A stretch of DNA of 64,000 nt, taken from positions 333,469 through 397,468 of the forward strand of contig CAZSKK010000001.1 of NCBI GenBank assembly GCA_964607415.1, written 5' to 3'. Position numbers and translations under genes: made by a program. Shown one piece after another: positions 48,401 through 56,581 of the stretch. The number at the start of each line of letters is the position of its first letter. Position 1 is the stretch's first letter. The DNA is from an uncultured Candidatus Saccharibacteria bacterium (lineage in GTDB: Bacteria; Patescibacteriota; Dojkabacteria; J137). The notes beneath the pieces were generated by a model. It was not told where the DNA came from. It did no database searches and saw only the letters and a program-made list of their open reading frames with translations.

Positions 48401-48623
48401 GATTGACAAAAGTTTTATCTAATGAATCACCCAAAACCAAAGAGCCAGAAATCAATGCTGTTCCTACCATTGAGCCAATAATTACAAGAACTGTATTTCC
48501 TATTCTTCTTTTTACATTTCTTAATCCTATTTTCCTTGGAACTTTGCTGAAAAATGCCGAAACAAGAATAATTACTGAAAGAGTAACAAAAGTTGCGAGT
48601 AAAAATATTGATATTGATGACAT
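45477..48623 (-). CDS. FtsX/MacB-like ABC permease (duplicated domains)
   Basis: Two ERKxExGxLR motifs (ERKSEMGILRAI, ERKQQIGMLRSLG); start likely ATG 48623. Confidence 0.88.
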   Translation of the reverse strand: MSSISIFLLATFVTLSVIILVSAFFSKVPRKIGLRNVKRRIGNTVLVIIGSMVGTALISGSLVLGDSLDKTFVNLVEDQIGEIDVYLNFKEIAPSPLGVATVNQKEVGELKKTLNDEQIDGVLPVLFFYSSPQKIDQNGNTIINAYQIQLTGYNFEDLKSFGQNPQVLEDLKSDNGIIVSKNAADLLELNIGDMVSVKVFNQPVVFEVEKISEDKGLFGGNTIVVDAHYLWNELGIPDNTFNYVYVSSKGGVIPENYDGEDFKKHVDSLLENFKSESVKPISTEQKQNALDGFGAGFLADIFLVLSMFGIFSGILLIVNLYSMLASERKSEMGILRAIALTRFKLAQTFVYEGYFYSVIAALVGSFVGLGLGYGLVFILSNLIRQLFDQQGGGNGFGLSFDVQPSSMIIAFAAGALITIITTLFTSFRISKLNIVSAIRDTEEYKESKINFKWIVTTILMFLVLCNAVSTLGFAFIAKDFLEQSREQAIEQNIKNNPFTTMTDKQFDQTVNMVTAYSLYLGVTLSVLLASFLLIRFAKLAKKDISKPVVTIAGSVLIIFSYFMVEIEAISKALNEESGVALFFISGLVLVLSLALIVTYNLNLIVSFINIFTKPFRKQKPVFLTAFRYPAENVGRTGLTLVMFAVIIFLIGYISINKAIANQQTGDLFRKALGGYEIIIFPDQFNSSEDVKSISEAADEVDGIKDVTSITNTAVIMPDFKYKDLPEQPYFGDPTLLPVFEDEDYFQTTVDALPSDFIKNQNIDLEEFSQDYESKQEVWQAVIEDPSKVVLGSGFVAQGYGRRPSIKVGDKIKVADLFNNEVKEKEVIGMVKPAVQGIASFDFYSNIITTKENLELMFDTSYVDTYSNFSVLTKIEDGKDSKVVSKDLRKATANYSIIYIFSVDEILGVTQLFINNIIAMLQGFLAFSLIVGTSGLAIIMVRSVNERKQQIGMLRSLGFQRNMVLLSFFIEATFITVLAIAIGLSMGILGAYTAVKVSQDNAEQITLVIPWVEIFIISFLVYIASILFSLLPSIKASRLSPVEATNYPE

Positions 48624-48731
48624 AGTATGTGGATGTAAAATTAAGCGCAAATTTAATTTTACTCTCCAAAATACTAAAAGGCAAATTTATCGATAAATTA
48701 AACTCCAATAGCGTTCTGATTGATATAAAGT

Positions 48732-49565
48732 TTACGATTCACGGTTATAAGTGTTATTTAGACTGTCTATAAGTTTTTTATATGCCGTTTTTTCAGCTTT
48801 ATTATTAAAGTTTACGCTTTGAGTAGGCTCAAAATACATTATGCCGCTAGGTAATCTTGTTCCGATAATATCAAACTTAAATCCATCCTCATTGTAGGAT
48901 TGCTGGTACCCATTAGCTTGCTTATTTAGAATTTTTTGATTCTCTGCAACGCGAAACGCATTATTGGCATCCTTAAGTTTACTTGCTATTTCCGAATCCT
49001 CAACAATCATCAAGCTTTCTAGCGCTAAAGGTAAATTTGAAATAACACCATTTGTGTCAGTTATTCTAGGAAGAATTCCTTGAGTAGTTTTACTTGCGCC
49101 ATAAACTAAAGCTGTTTCTGTTATATCACTACCCTTTCTTTTAAAAACAACAACAATATCTTTTTCTAAAGAAGTAAATTGTTCATGTACAGTTCCTACT
49201 TCAAGGCTCGTCAAAATACCTCCTTTGTTGTACTGTCCTTCTAGAGCTTCTCTAGAATTTTTAGGCACTAGTGATCTTATAGCTAAAGCTATTTGCCTTG
49301 GTGTATGTGTGCTAAGCTCGTAAACAGCTTTTGGGTAAACAACTCTCCCTCTTGACAGCTCCACACCAGCAACTTCCGCATGTGTTTCATAGTTCCTATC
49401 TATTGATTTACTGCCATTACCTCTTTTATTCACAAAATCAACCTCTTTGCCATTATTAGCTTGGCTCCAGTATAAGTTTTGCGGGTTTAATGGAGATTCG
49501 TGCTCTTGAATATAACCATATACATCATCACCTTTTTTCATAGTATCTAATTGTAACGAATCCAT
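48732..49565 (-). CDS. Hypothetical protein
   Basis: 277-aa ORF; no motif recognised. Confidence 0.55.
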   Translation of the reverse strand: MDSLQLDTMKKGDDVYGYIQEHESPLNPQNLYWSQANNGKEVDFVNKRGNGSKSIDRNYETHAEVAGVELSRGRVVYPKAVYELSTHTPRQIALAIRSLVPKNSREALEGQYNKGGILTSLEVGTVHEQFTSLEKDIVVVFKRKGSDITETALVYGASKTTQGILPRITDTNGVISNLPLALESLMIVEDSEIASKLKDANNAFRVAENQKILNKQANGYQQSYNEDGFKFDIIGTRLPSGIMYFEPTQSVNFNNKAEKTAYKKLIDSLNNTYNRES

Positions 49566-49907
49566 ATAAACTTAATGTTAACATCTAAAATTTCCGAATT
49601 TTAGCACCCTGTATTATATGTAGCAAGAAAATCTTAAATACTGATTTAATATTAAAATTGTATACATTGACTTGAAAACTCATTGAGCTGTAAGATGTTT
49701 AGTAGCGTTAGACGTTAGAAGTTTGACGTAGGACGAAGAACAAGCATTAGCTTGCTGATTTGTTAATTAGTAAAAGGTTAATTAGTGCCTAACCAATTAA
49801 CCGGCCACAAGTTAACTAAATAGGCTTAGTATTTCAAATTTTATTAAGTTATATTCCGGACTAAATCCGAAATGACGCTACAATGCTTAAATCATTAACA
49901 TTCTACT

Positions 49908-51587
49908 GTGGCAAAAAAACGTAGACGAAAAAAGAAAACTAACTATTTTAGATATATAATTCTAATAGCATTAACTATTGGTGTTTATTTTGGCTATTCT
50001 AAATACATGGAATCAAAAGCTTTTGCAGATTTTCCATCTTCTTTAACAACGAAATCAAATTCTACTCACTGGTGGAATGATAACTACGCTTATAGAAGAG
50101 AAATTAATTCGACAAATCAAAATAGTTTAAAATATTTTGTATTAAATCATGGAGAGCTAGTAATTAATTCAAAATCAAACGAAGATGGATCAGATTTAAT
50201 TCTTGTTTCTCAAGATAATTCAAATAAGTCAACAGAACTTCCATTTGAAATCAGGAATATTGATGAAATTAATGTTGAAATAGGATTTGATTCTTCAAGC
50301 TTAATATCTCAAAAAGTCTTTTTGTATTACGGAAATAAAATGCCTGAGAAAAATAATGTATTAGGCACTTTTTCTATACTGGACAATGCAGAAGAAGTTT
50401 CAATCGGCATTGAGGAATCACCTGTTGTTACAATAATACCTTCACATTCGTGGGTTTTAAAAGAAAATTCCGGTACCAAACTAGACTTAATGCTTAATTA
50501 CGATCAATCAATAGGAAACTACTTCGAAGCTTCTTATGTTATAGATCAAAACGAACCTGTAAAAGTGAAATCGTCAGGTAAAAACCTGGAAGTAAATCTT
50601 TCGAATATAGCTATTGGCAAGCACAGTCTTTTCTTGCTCATTAAAGATAAGGATACAAAATATAGAACAAACACCATTGATATTATCATTTCTGCTCCAG
50701 TTTATGTTGCCTGGACACTTGATTGGGAAGGAATTGATCCAACCCCTGAAAACCTTGCGGACCTGGAGAAAGTTGCTAATGAACACAAAATACCATTAAT
50801 ACATTACTTTAATCCTCGTGTTCTTATTCACACCGCAATTACAAAACAAAGAAAGCAAGATATTGTAAACTGGTTGAAAAAAAGAATTCAAAATGGGGAC
50901 GAATTTGGCATGCATATGCATATGCATCATGACATGGTTGAATTTGCAGGAATAAAACCCAGAGAAACTGCTCCTACTTGGGATGGTGGCACAAAAGGAT
51001 ACGATACACCAACCAGTGAGTATCCATATGCTGAATTTTTAAAACTTGTAAACTGGGCAAAAAGCATGTTCAGTCAATACAACCTGCCTGCACCCGTAGG
51101 CTATAGAGCTGGCGGTTGGTTTGCGGACACAGATACTCTTAAAGCTTTGGAAGATGCTGGCTTTAAATACGACAGTTCTGGTAGAAAACCTTTTGCACTA
51201 GGATCAACTGGTATTCAACAAGCGTGGACTTTAGATATAACAACACAACCTTATTATCCGTCTTACACCAATCAGAATAATCAGGGTGCAACCGATCCTA
51301 TGAAACTTCTTGAAATTCCAAACAACGGAATGGATTCTTATTGGTCCGAAACTCAACAGTTAATAGATAACTTTTATGCAAACTATGTCCCTGGAACCTT
51401 TTTAAATGAAGATATTGTGATTGTGTATTTGACCCATCCGGAATGGTTTAATTCTGTAGATAAGCCTAAGGTTAAACAACTATTTAACGAATTAGATAAA
51501 TACTCCTACGAAAAGAATAAAGGACCGGTGAAGTATGTGACGCTTGAGAACTACATGAAAGAATCCGTAAGATTGAACGAAAAATAG
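49908..51587 (+). CDS. Membrane-anchored polysaccharide deacetylase-like protein with DUF2341-like N-terminal region
   Basis: TM, WWNDNYAYRREI, then TLDWE, GMHMH, YRAGGW, YDSS and THPEW NodB-type motifs. Confidence 0.78.
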   Translation: MAKKRRRKKKTNYFRYIILIALTIGVYFGYSKYMESKAFADFPSSLTTKSNSTHWWNDNYAYRREINSTNQNSLKYFVLNHGELVINSKSNEDGSDLILVSQDNSNKSTELPFEIRNIDEINVEIGFDSSSLISQKVFLYYGNKMPEKNNVLGTFSILDNAEEVSIGIEESPVVTIIPSHSWVLKENSGTKLDLMLNYDQSIGNYFEASYVIDQNEPVKVKSSGKNLEVNLSNIAIGKHSLFLLIKDKDTKYRTNTIDIIISAPVYVAWTLDWEGIDPTPENLADLEKVANEHKIPLIHYFNPRVLIHTAITKQRKQDIVNWLKKRIQNGDEFGMHMHMHHDMVEFAGIKPRETAPTWDGGTKGYDTPTSEYPYAEFLKLVNWAKSMFSQYNLPAPVGYRAGGWFADTDTLKALEDAGFKYDSSGRKPFALGSTGIQQAWTLDITTQPYYPSYTNQNNQGATDPMKLLEIPNNGMDSYWSETQQLIDNFYANYVPGTFLNEDIVIVYLTHPEWFNSVDKPKVKQLFNELDKYSYEKNKGPVKYVTLENYMKESVRLNEK

Positions 51588-51657
51588 CCTCACCCAATTC
51601 CGACTAATCGGAATTTCCCTCTCCATCTGGAGAGGGCGGCGAAGCCGGGTGAGACTA
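51585..51657. repeat. Palindromic REP-like element family A between convergent genes
   Basis: tagcctcaccc...ccctctcc-atct-ggagaggg...gggtgagacta. Confidence 0.8.
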
Positions 51658-51665
51658 TTTAGTAT

Positions 51666-52958
51666 TTATGGTCTTGTTAAAACTGTCGTTCTTGGGAACG
51701 CAATAGTCTCTCTAATATGGTGAACTCCACTTACCCACCTAACCATTCTTTCTAGTCCTAAACCAAAGCCACTGTGAACCACAGACCCATACTTTCTAAT
51801 GTTTAAGTACCACTCATAATCTGATACTGGATAGTTTCTCGCTTTCAGTTCCGCAAGCAGTTTGTCATAATCTTCTTCTCTTTGGCTCCCACCAATAATT
51901 TCTCGAGCTTCTTCTGGAGCAATTAAGTCCGCATTTCTTGCTCTAACCATTCCTTTATCATCTGTATATTTTTTCATGTAAAATGCTTTAACAGCAAATG
52001 GATAATCTTCAATAAATACTGGAACTCCAAAGTGATTTCCTATTTCGATTTCCTCCTCTGTGGTCATGTCGTCGTTATAATCAACCTTAAATCCTTTTTC
52101 TTCCATTAGCTTTTTAGCATCATAATGCTTCATTCTAACAAAAGGAGTGTTTACTGTTTTTTCCAGTACAGTTGTATCTCTTTCCAAAATTTCTAATTCA
52201 ACTTTACAGTTTTCAATACAATCTTTAAGAATCCTTTTTACCATTGCTTCTTGAACATCTTCATTCATTGATTGATCATGAAATGCCATTTCAGCATCCA
52301 TCATCCAAAATTCCGATAAATGATTTCTGGTCTTACTTTTTTCTGCTCTAAAAACGGGGCCAAAATCGTAAACTTTTCCAAAACTCATAATCGCAGCCTC
52401 ACTATAAAGCTGACCTGATTGAGTTAAATACATTTGATCTTCATAGTACTTTAGTGAAAATAGTTGAGTTGTATCCTCACAACTTGTTGGTTGCAAAATT
52501 GGAGTATCAAATCTAATAAAACCTTGCTCGTGATAAAAGTTTGTAATAGATCTAAAAACCTGATCTCTGATTCTTAAAACAGCCCAAGGAGTTTTTGATC
52601 TTAAATACAAATCCCTGTTTTCAAATAAAAATTCTGGCCCATGTTCTTTTTTACCAATTGGGAAATCTTCTGATTTTCCAATAAGTTTAACTTCTGAAAC
52701 TTGAATTTCATATTCTTCTTTTTTAGGATGTTTAGAGATTGTGCCATTAATTTCAACTGATGATTCTAAACCTAGTTCTTCAGCATACTTCCAAGTCTCT
52801 TCTGAAACTTTATCTTTTTCTACAACCGCTTGAATAAATCCTGACCCATCACGTAACTGCAAGAATGCTATTTTCCCAGAGGATCTTTTATTGTACATCC
52901 AGCCTTTAAAGATGATTGATCTATCTACGAACTCTTTTGCTTTTGAAATTGTGAACAT
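51666..52958 (-). CDS. asnS: Asparaginyl-tRNA synthetase
   Basis: KRSSGKIAFLQLRDGSG, YLTQSGQLY, FRAEKSKTRNHLSEFWM, IIGGSQRE and HSGFGLGLER. Confidence 0.94.
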   Translation of the reverse strand: MFTISKAKEFVDRSIIFKGWMYNKRSSGKIAFLQLRDGSGFIQAVVEKDKVSEETWKYAEELGLESSVEINGTISKHPKKEEYEIQVSEVKLIGKSEDFPIGKKEHGPEFLFENRDLYLRSKTPWAVLRIRDQVFRSITNFYHEQGFIRFDTPILQPTSCEDTTQLFSLKYYEDQMYLTQSGQLYSEAAIMSFGKVYDFGPVFRAEKSKTRNHLSEFWMMDAEMAFHDQSMNEDVQEAMVKRILKDCIENCKVELEILERDTTVLEKTVNTPFVRMKHYDAKKLMEEKGFKVDYNDDMTTEEEIEIGNHFGVPVFIEDYPFAVKAFYMKKYTDDKGMVRARNADLIAPEEAREIIGGSQREEDYDKLLAELKARNYPVSDYEWYLNIRKYGSVVHSGFGLGLERMVRWVSGVHHIRETIAFPRTTVLTRP

Positions 52959-53153
52959 ATATTTTAAGATATAAGTAATAAGTTATGAGTAACTAGTTTT
53001 ATTTTTAGCTAATAGCTTATAGCTAATAGTTAAACCATTTACTTCCCCTGAGAATGCATATTATGCATTCGAATGTAGCTAACTTAGCTCCACTCAACAG
53101 CACAATGTGCTGTTTCGGGATGAGGTATAAGATAAATAAGCTGTTAAAACTTT

Positions 53154-53229
53154 CTGCTCAGCTAGGATTCCCTTCGACAGGCTCAGGGTAAACTCCAAAG
53201 TAATAATCTGGCATGGTAGGACTCGAACC
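53154..53229 (-). repeat. Two partial tRNA 3'-end copies downstream of tRNA-Asn
   Basis: 53154-53170 ctgctcagctaggattc is 16/17 identical to the tRNA 3' end. 53208-53229 reads GGTTCGAGTCCTACCATGCCAG on the minus strand (T-loop + acceptor strand). Confidence 0.7.
53170..53188. repeat. REP-like element family B
   Basis: cccttcgacaggctcaggg abutting the tRNA fragment. Confidence 0.7.
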
Positions 53230-53298
53230 CCAAACAGTATATTATACTGTTTGGCAAAACATAAGTTCTATATTAATTTGAACTTATGTAAACAGAAA

Positions 53299-53370
53299 CT
53301 GGTCAGCTAGGATTCGAACCTAGAGTCTTCCCGTTAACAGCGGGATGCAATACCATTATGCTACTGACCA
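53299..53370 (-). tRNA. tRNA-Asn(GTT), CCA not encoded
   Basis: TGGTCAG/CTGACCA acceptor stem, discriminator G, anticodon arm CCCG-CT-GTT-AA-CGGG, T arm CTAGG-TTCGAAT-CCTAG. Confidence 0.95.
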
Positions 53371-53462
53371 TTATAGCTTTTGTGTCACTCTGAGGGAAAT
53401 CGAAGAGTGACACACTTAAAACCATACGTCATAGTTCAATTTCCTCCACTACGACATTGTAT

Positions 53463-53496
53463 AAAAACAAAAAAACTCCTTTTTCCCAGGAGTTTT
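53463..53496 (-). terminator. Attenuator terminator (segments 3:4)
   Basis: RNA AAAACUCCU-GGGAAAA-AGGAGUUUUUUUGUUUUU. Confidence 0.85.
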
Positions 53497-53526
53497 ATTA
53501 TTCTTAACAACAATAAAAGCTCCGGT

Positions 53527-53571
53527 TTAGGAGTTGTTATTATTATTGTTATTATTAGCTTTCTTGAACAT
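53527..53571 (-). CDS. Poly-asparagine leader peptide MFKKANNNNNNNNS
   Basis: ATG TTC AAG AAA GCT AAT AAT AAC AAT AAT AAT AAC AAC TCC TAA: 8 consecutive Asn codons, upstream of tRNA-Asn and asnS, overlapping attenuator segment 1. Confidence 0.85.
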   Translation of the reverse strand: MFKKANNNNNNNNS

Positions 53572-53577
53572 AAATAA

Positions 53578-53606
53578 ATTATACCAATGAGTTAATCAAA
53601 TAACAA
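53578..53606 (-). promoter_or_regulatory. Promoter of the Asn leader
   Basis: TTGTTA-17-TATAAT with extended TG; canonical spacing puts +1 on the A of the leader ATG (53571). Confidence 0.75.
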
Positions 53607-53667
53607 GACTACTGTCCTTCCGAAGCAACCTATGCATGTAAATGAATACAGAATGACACCGCGGAAT

Positions 53668-55464
53668 TCACACTGAAAAATCACCTAGAATTGGATTAAC
53701 CGCATCAACTAAATCTTTAGCCTTCATTTCAATTGAGCAGGTTCTTTTGCCACAGTTAAAGTCAACTGTTTCGTTATTTAAAATCTTTTCATCAAAATAC
53801 GTTTTTAAGCCTAAAAGATTCCCTAGTGGAGGAACTCCACCAACTTGAATTCCAAATTTTTCTAAAATCACTTCTGGTTTTTCAAATTCAATTGCTTCTC
53901 CCAAAATTTCTTTTGCTTTAGTCATATCTAGTTTTAAGTGAGCTGGCATTACAAACATAAAGTTCTCGCTAGATTTCTTGCCTTTAACAATTAGAGCCTT
54001 AGCTCCTTCTTCAATTTTGGTTCCTCTAACTCTACTTGCATCTTCACTTGTTACAACTTCTTCATGTTCATCGTATTCATATTTAAAACCAAATTTATCT
54101 AAATGTTTTTTTATTTGCTCTGTAACATCAATATTTTTGTTGAATTTTCTTTTGATTGGAACACCAGCAATTCGCTTTGTGTCTGATGGGAACAAAACTG
54201 TCTCTCTGATATTTTCTAAACCTAGAAGCTGTAGAGTAAATCTTTCAAGGCCAATCCCAAACCCTCCATGTTTTGGCATACCGTATTTGAATATTGATAG
54301 ATAATCCGTAAAATCTTCCGGATTTAAACCCTTCATTTTTAAACTTTCTACCAAATCATCGTATTTATCAATTCTTTGGCCTCCACTTGAAACTTCAGTT
54401 CCATTACAAATTAAATCCCCGTAGTTACAAACCAGTGGATTTTCTTCATTTGGTTTTGCATAAAATGCACATTTTGTTCTTGGGAAGTGAGTAACAAAAA
54501 TAAAATCAATTCCAAATTTTTCTTTAGCATATTTACATATAAATCTTTCCGCATCAGGCGAAAGATCATTTTCATTTCTTTCATCTTTGCCTGTTGCTTC
54601 AAAATATAGTTCTAGTGCTTCTTTTAATGTAACTTTTGGAATTGTAATCTCATCTTTAAGAGTTGCAAAATTAGGAAAGAGTTTAATTTCTTCAGCACAT
54701 TTTTCCAGAACTTTTTTATACATTGCTTTAATTACTTTTTCCTCCCACTCCAAAACTTCATCAAATTTTTCAATAAATCCAACTTCAAATTCAAACTGAG
54801 TTGCTTCTGTAATATGTCTTCTGGTATTTGATTTTTCAGCTCTAAAGCACTTCAAAGTTCCAAAAACTCTTTCAAAAACACCAACCATCATTTGTTTATA
54901 TAGTTGGTTTGATTGAGCTAATTTTGCTTCAACACCAAAGTAATCGACAGTAAAAAGTTCTGCCCCACCCTCACTTGAAGCTCCAATAATGGCAGGTCCC
55001 ATAAACTCTGTAAATCCTTGAGATATAAGATATTCTCTATATCCTTCTAAAATTGCAGCTTGAATCTTAAAAACTGCACTGATTTTTTCATTCCTTAAAG
55101 TTAGCGGTCTATAATCTAAAATTGTATCAATGTGAGCATTAATTTCTGGTTTATTAACTTCAACAGGCCAAGGTTCCGTTATAGCATTTTCAATTGTAAT
55201 TTCAGGATTAGTGATTTCAAAACCAAGCTCTGCTTGTGAATTTTCTTTTACAATTCCAAAAATTTTTATAATTGATCCAGGCTGAAGTGTACTTAAATTT
55301 TTTATATCATCCGCATTTTCAACAAAAACCTGAACCAAACCGCCTCTATCTCTTAAAATTAAAAAAGCAATTTTTCCAAGTTTCCTAAAGTTATGTAACC
55401 AACCTTTTATATAGACTTTTTCGCCCACTTTTTCTTGGCACTCAGTAGATATTATTCGTTCCAC
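53668..55464 (-). CDS. aspS: Short archaeal-type aspartyl-tRNA synthetase fused to a C-terminal YbaK/ProXp-like domain
   Basis: FLILRDRGG, SSEGGAELF, LAQSNQLYKQ, FRAEKSNTRRH and HGGFGIGLER, then TSEDAS...GAKAL...GGVPPLG...FNCG of the YbaK/INS fold. Confidence 0.9.
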   Translation of the reverse strand: MERIISTECQEKVGEKVYIKGWLHNFRKLGKIAFLILRDRGGLVQVFVENADDIKNLSTLQPGSIIKIFGIVKENSQAELGFEITNPEITIENAITEPWPVEVNKPEINAHIDTILDYRPLTLRNEKISAVFKIQAAILEGYREYLISQGFTEFMGPAIIGASSEGGAELFTVDYFGVEAKLAQSNQLYKQMMVGVFERVFGTLKCFRAEKSNTRRHITEATQFEFEVGFIEKFDEVLEWEEKVIKAMYKKVLEKCAEEIKLFPNFATLKDEITIPKVTLKEALELYFEATGKDERNENDLSPDAERFICKYAKEKFGIDFIFVTHFPRTKCAFYAKPNEENPLVCNYGDLICNGTEVSSGGQRIDKYDDLVESLKMKGLNPEDFTDYLSIFKYGMPKHGGFGIGLERFTLQLLGLENIRETVLFPSDTKRIAGVPIKRKFNKNIDVTEQIKKHLDKFGFKYEYDEHEEVVTSEDASRVRGTKIEEGAKALIVKGKKSSENFMFVMPAHLKLDMTKAKEILGEAIEFEKPEVILEKFGIQVGGVPPLGNLLGLKTYFDEKILNNETVDFNCGKRTCSIEMKAKDLVDAVNPILGDFSV

Positions 55465-55831
55465 AGTAATATGATTAAATAATAAAGATTATAGATTAAC
55501 GACTAAAGAAAATCTTTAATTTACAAACATCAGTTTTAAAAACTGAGAATTCTTTAAAACTTGTCCTGAACTAGTTTCAGGATTGTACTTTGAAAATTAT
55601 TTTGAATGCTTTGATCTTGATTATTTGGGCTCATTCGTGCTCTTTACCTCTCTACCTTTTCTAAGTATACTATTCAAAGATTATAGCAAAAATGAAAGAA
55701 TAGAAGAGTTAATTTGTTAATTAGTCTCAGGTTAATTAGTAAAATACGAATTAACTTTTTTACTAGTTAACCAATTAACCTATGCAATATAAACTCAAAA
55801 CCCTTAACCCGTTAACTCTTAAACTTTTCAT

Positions 55832-56581
55832 ATGAATGATGCACAAATTACAGACCAGGAATTTAAGAAATATATAAAAAGACTTGTAAATATTAATCGA
55901 AAAAGAAATGTTGCCTTCAGGGGACTTATTAATGGGGTTTTTACAGCCATCGGAGCGACCTTGGGATTTGCTATTGTGCTTGTAATAACCGCCCAACTTC
56001 TTTCAAGTTTAAGGCAAGTGAGCATAATCGATCAATTTTTAAGCGAAACTAAACTTGATGTTTTAATCGAATCTCAACTTAAGCAAATCCAGCAAGAAGA
56101 ATTAAAACAAGAAGAAAATTCCGAGGAAGGCACAAATGATAATAAAGATACAAATTCAGAAGACCAACCTTATTATTTGAGTTATGAAAATAAGGCTCTG
56201 GATTTAACTTTCAACTATCCTGCCAGTCTTACAAATTTTAGTGAGTATGATATTAATTCTACAAACAGCAATGATTCTTTTATCCTTTCTTTTGAAGGAT
56301 TCGGAATCATAAAAAGTCTTGTTGTTTATATTAACCCTGACAGTGTTGATTTAATAGGAAGCTCGCAAAGTTATGATGTAGAATCAACTTTGGAAGAAAA
56401 ATCGAAAGTCCTTATTTATGAAAAAGGTGCAACAGTAAATGGTGACGAAGTATCTGACCCTGTTTTATACTTCAAGTTCACCAAAGGGGCTAACAATTTT
56501 TATATGATTGCTAAAGCTGACAGTTCAACACCTAAGATAGCAAGAGAGATTTTCTTAACAGTTGCTGAGAGTATAAGATAG
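55832..56581 (+). CDS. Membrane protein with DUF5665-like N-terminus
   Basis: FRGLINGVFTAIGATLGFAIV segment followed by a soluble domain. Confidence 0.6.
   Translation: MNDAQITDQEFKKYIKRLVNINRKRNVAFRGLINGVFTAIGATLGFAIVLVITAQLLSSLRQVSIIDQFLSETKLDVLIESQLKQIQQEELKQEENSEEGTNDNKDTNSEDQPYYLSYENKALDLTFNYPASLTNFSEYDINSTNSNDSFILSFEGFGIIKSLVVYINPDSVDLIGSSQSYDVESTLEEKSKVLIYEKGATVNGDEVSDPVLYFKFTKGANNFYMIAKADSSTPKIAREIFLTVAESIR

Noticed and set aside
49601-49627. Third CIRCE (TTAGCACCC...)
   Set aside because: Only the left arm matches; the right arm is not GAGTGCTAA-like at the correct spacing.
53380-53577. Plus-strand 65-aa ORF ending VVIIIVIII, resembling an Ile/Val leader or TM peptide
   Set aside because: It is the antisense reading of the Asn codon run; promoter, terminator polarity and downstream Asn genes all point to the minus strand.
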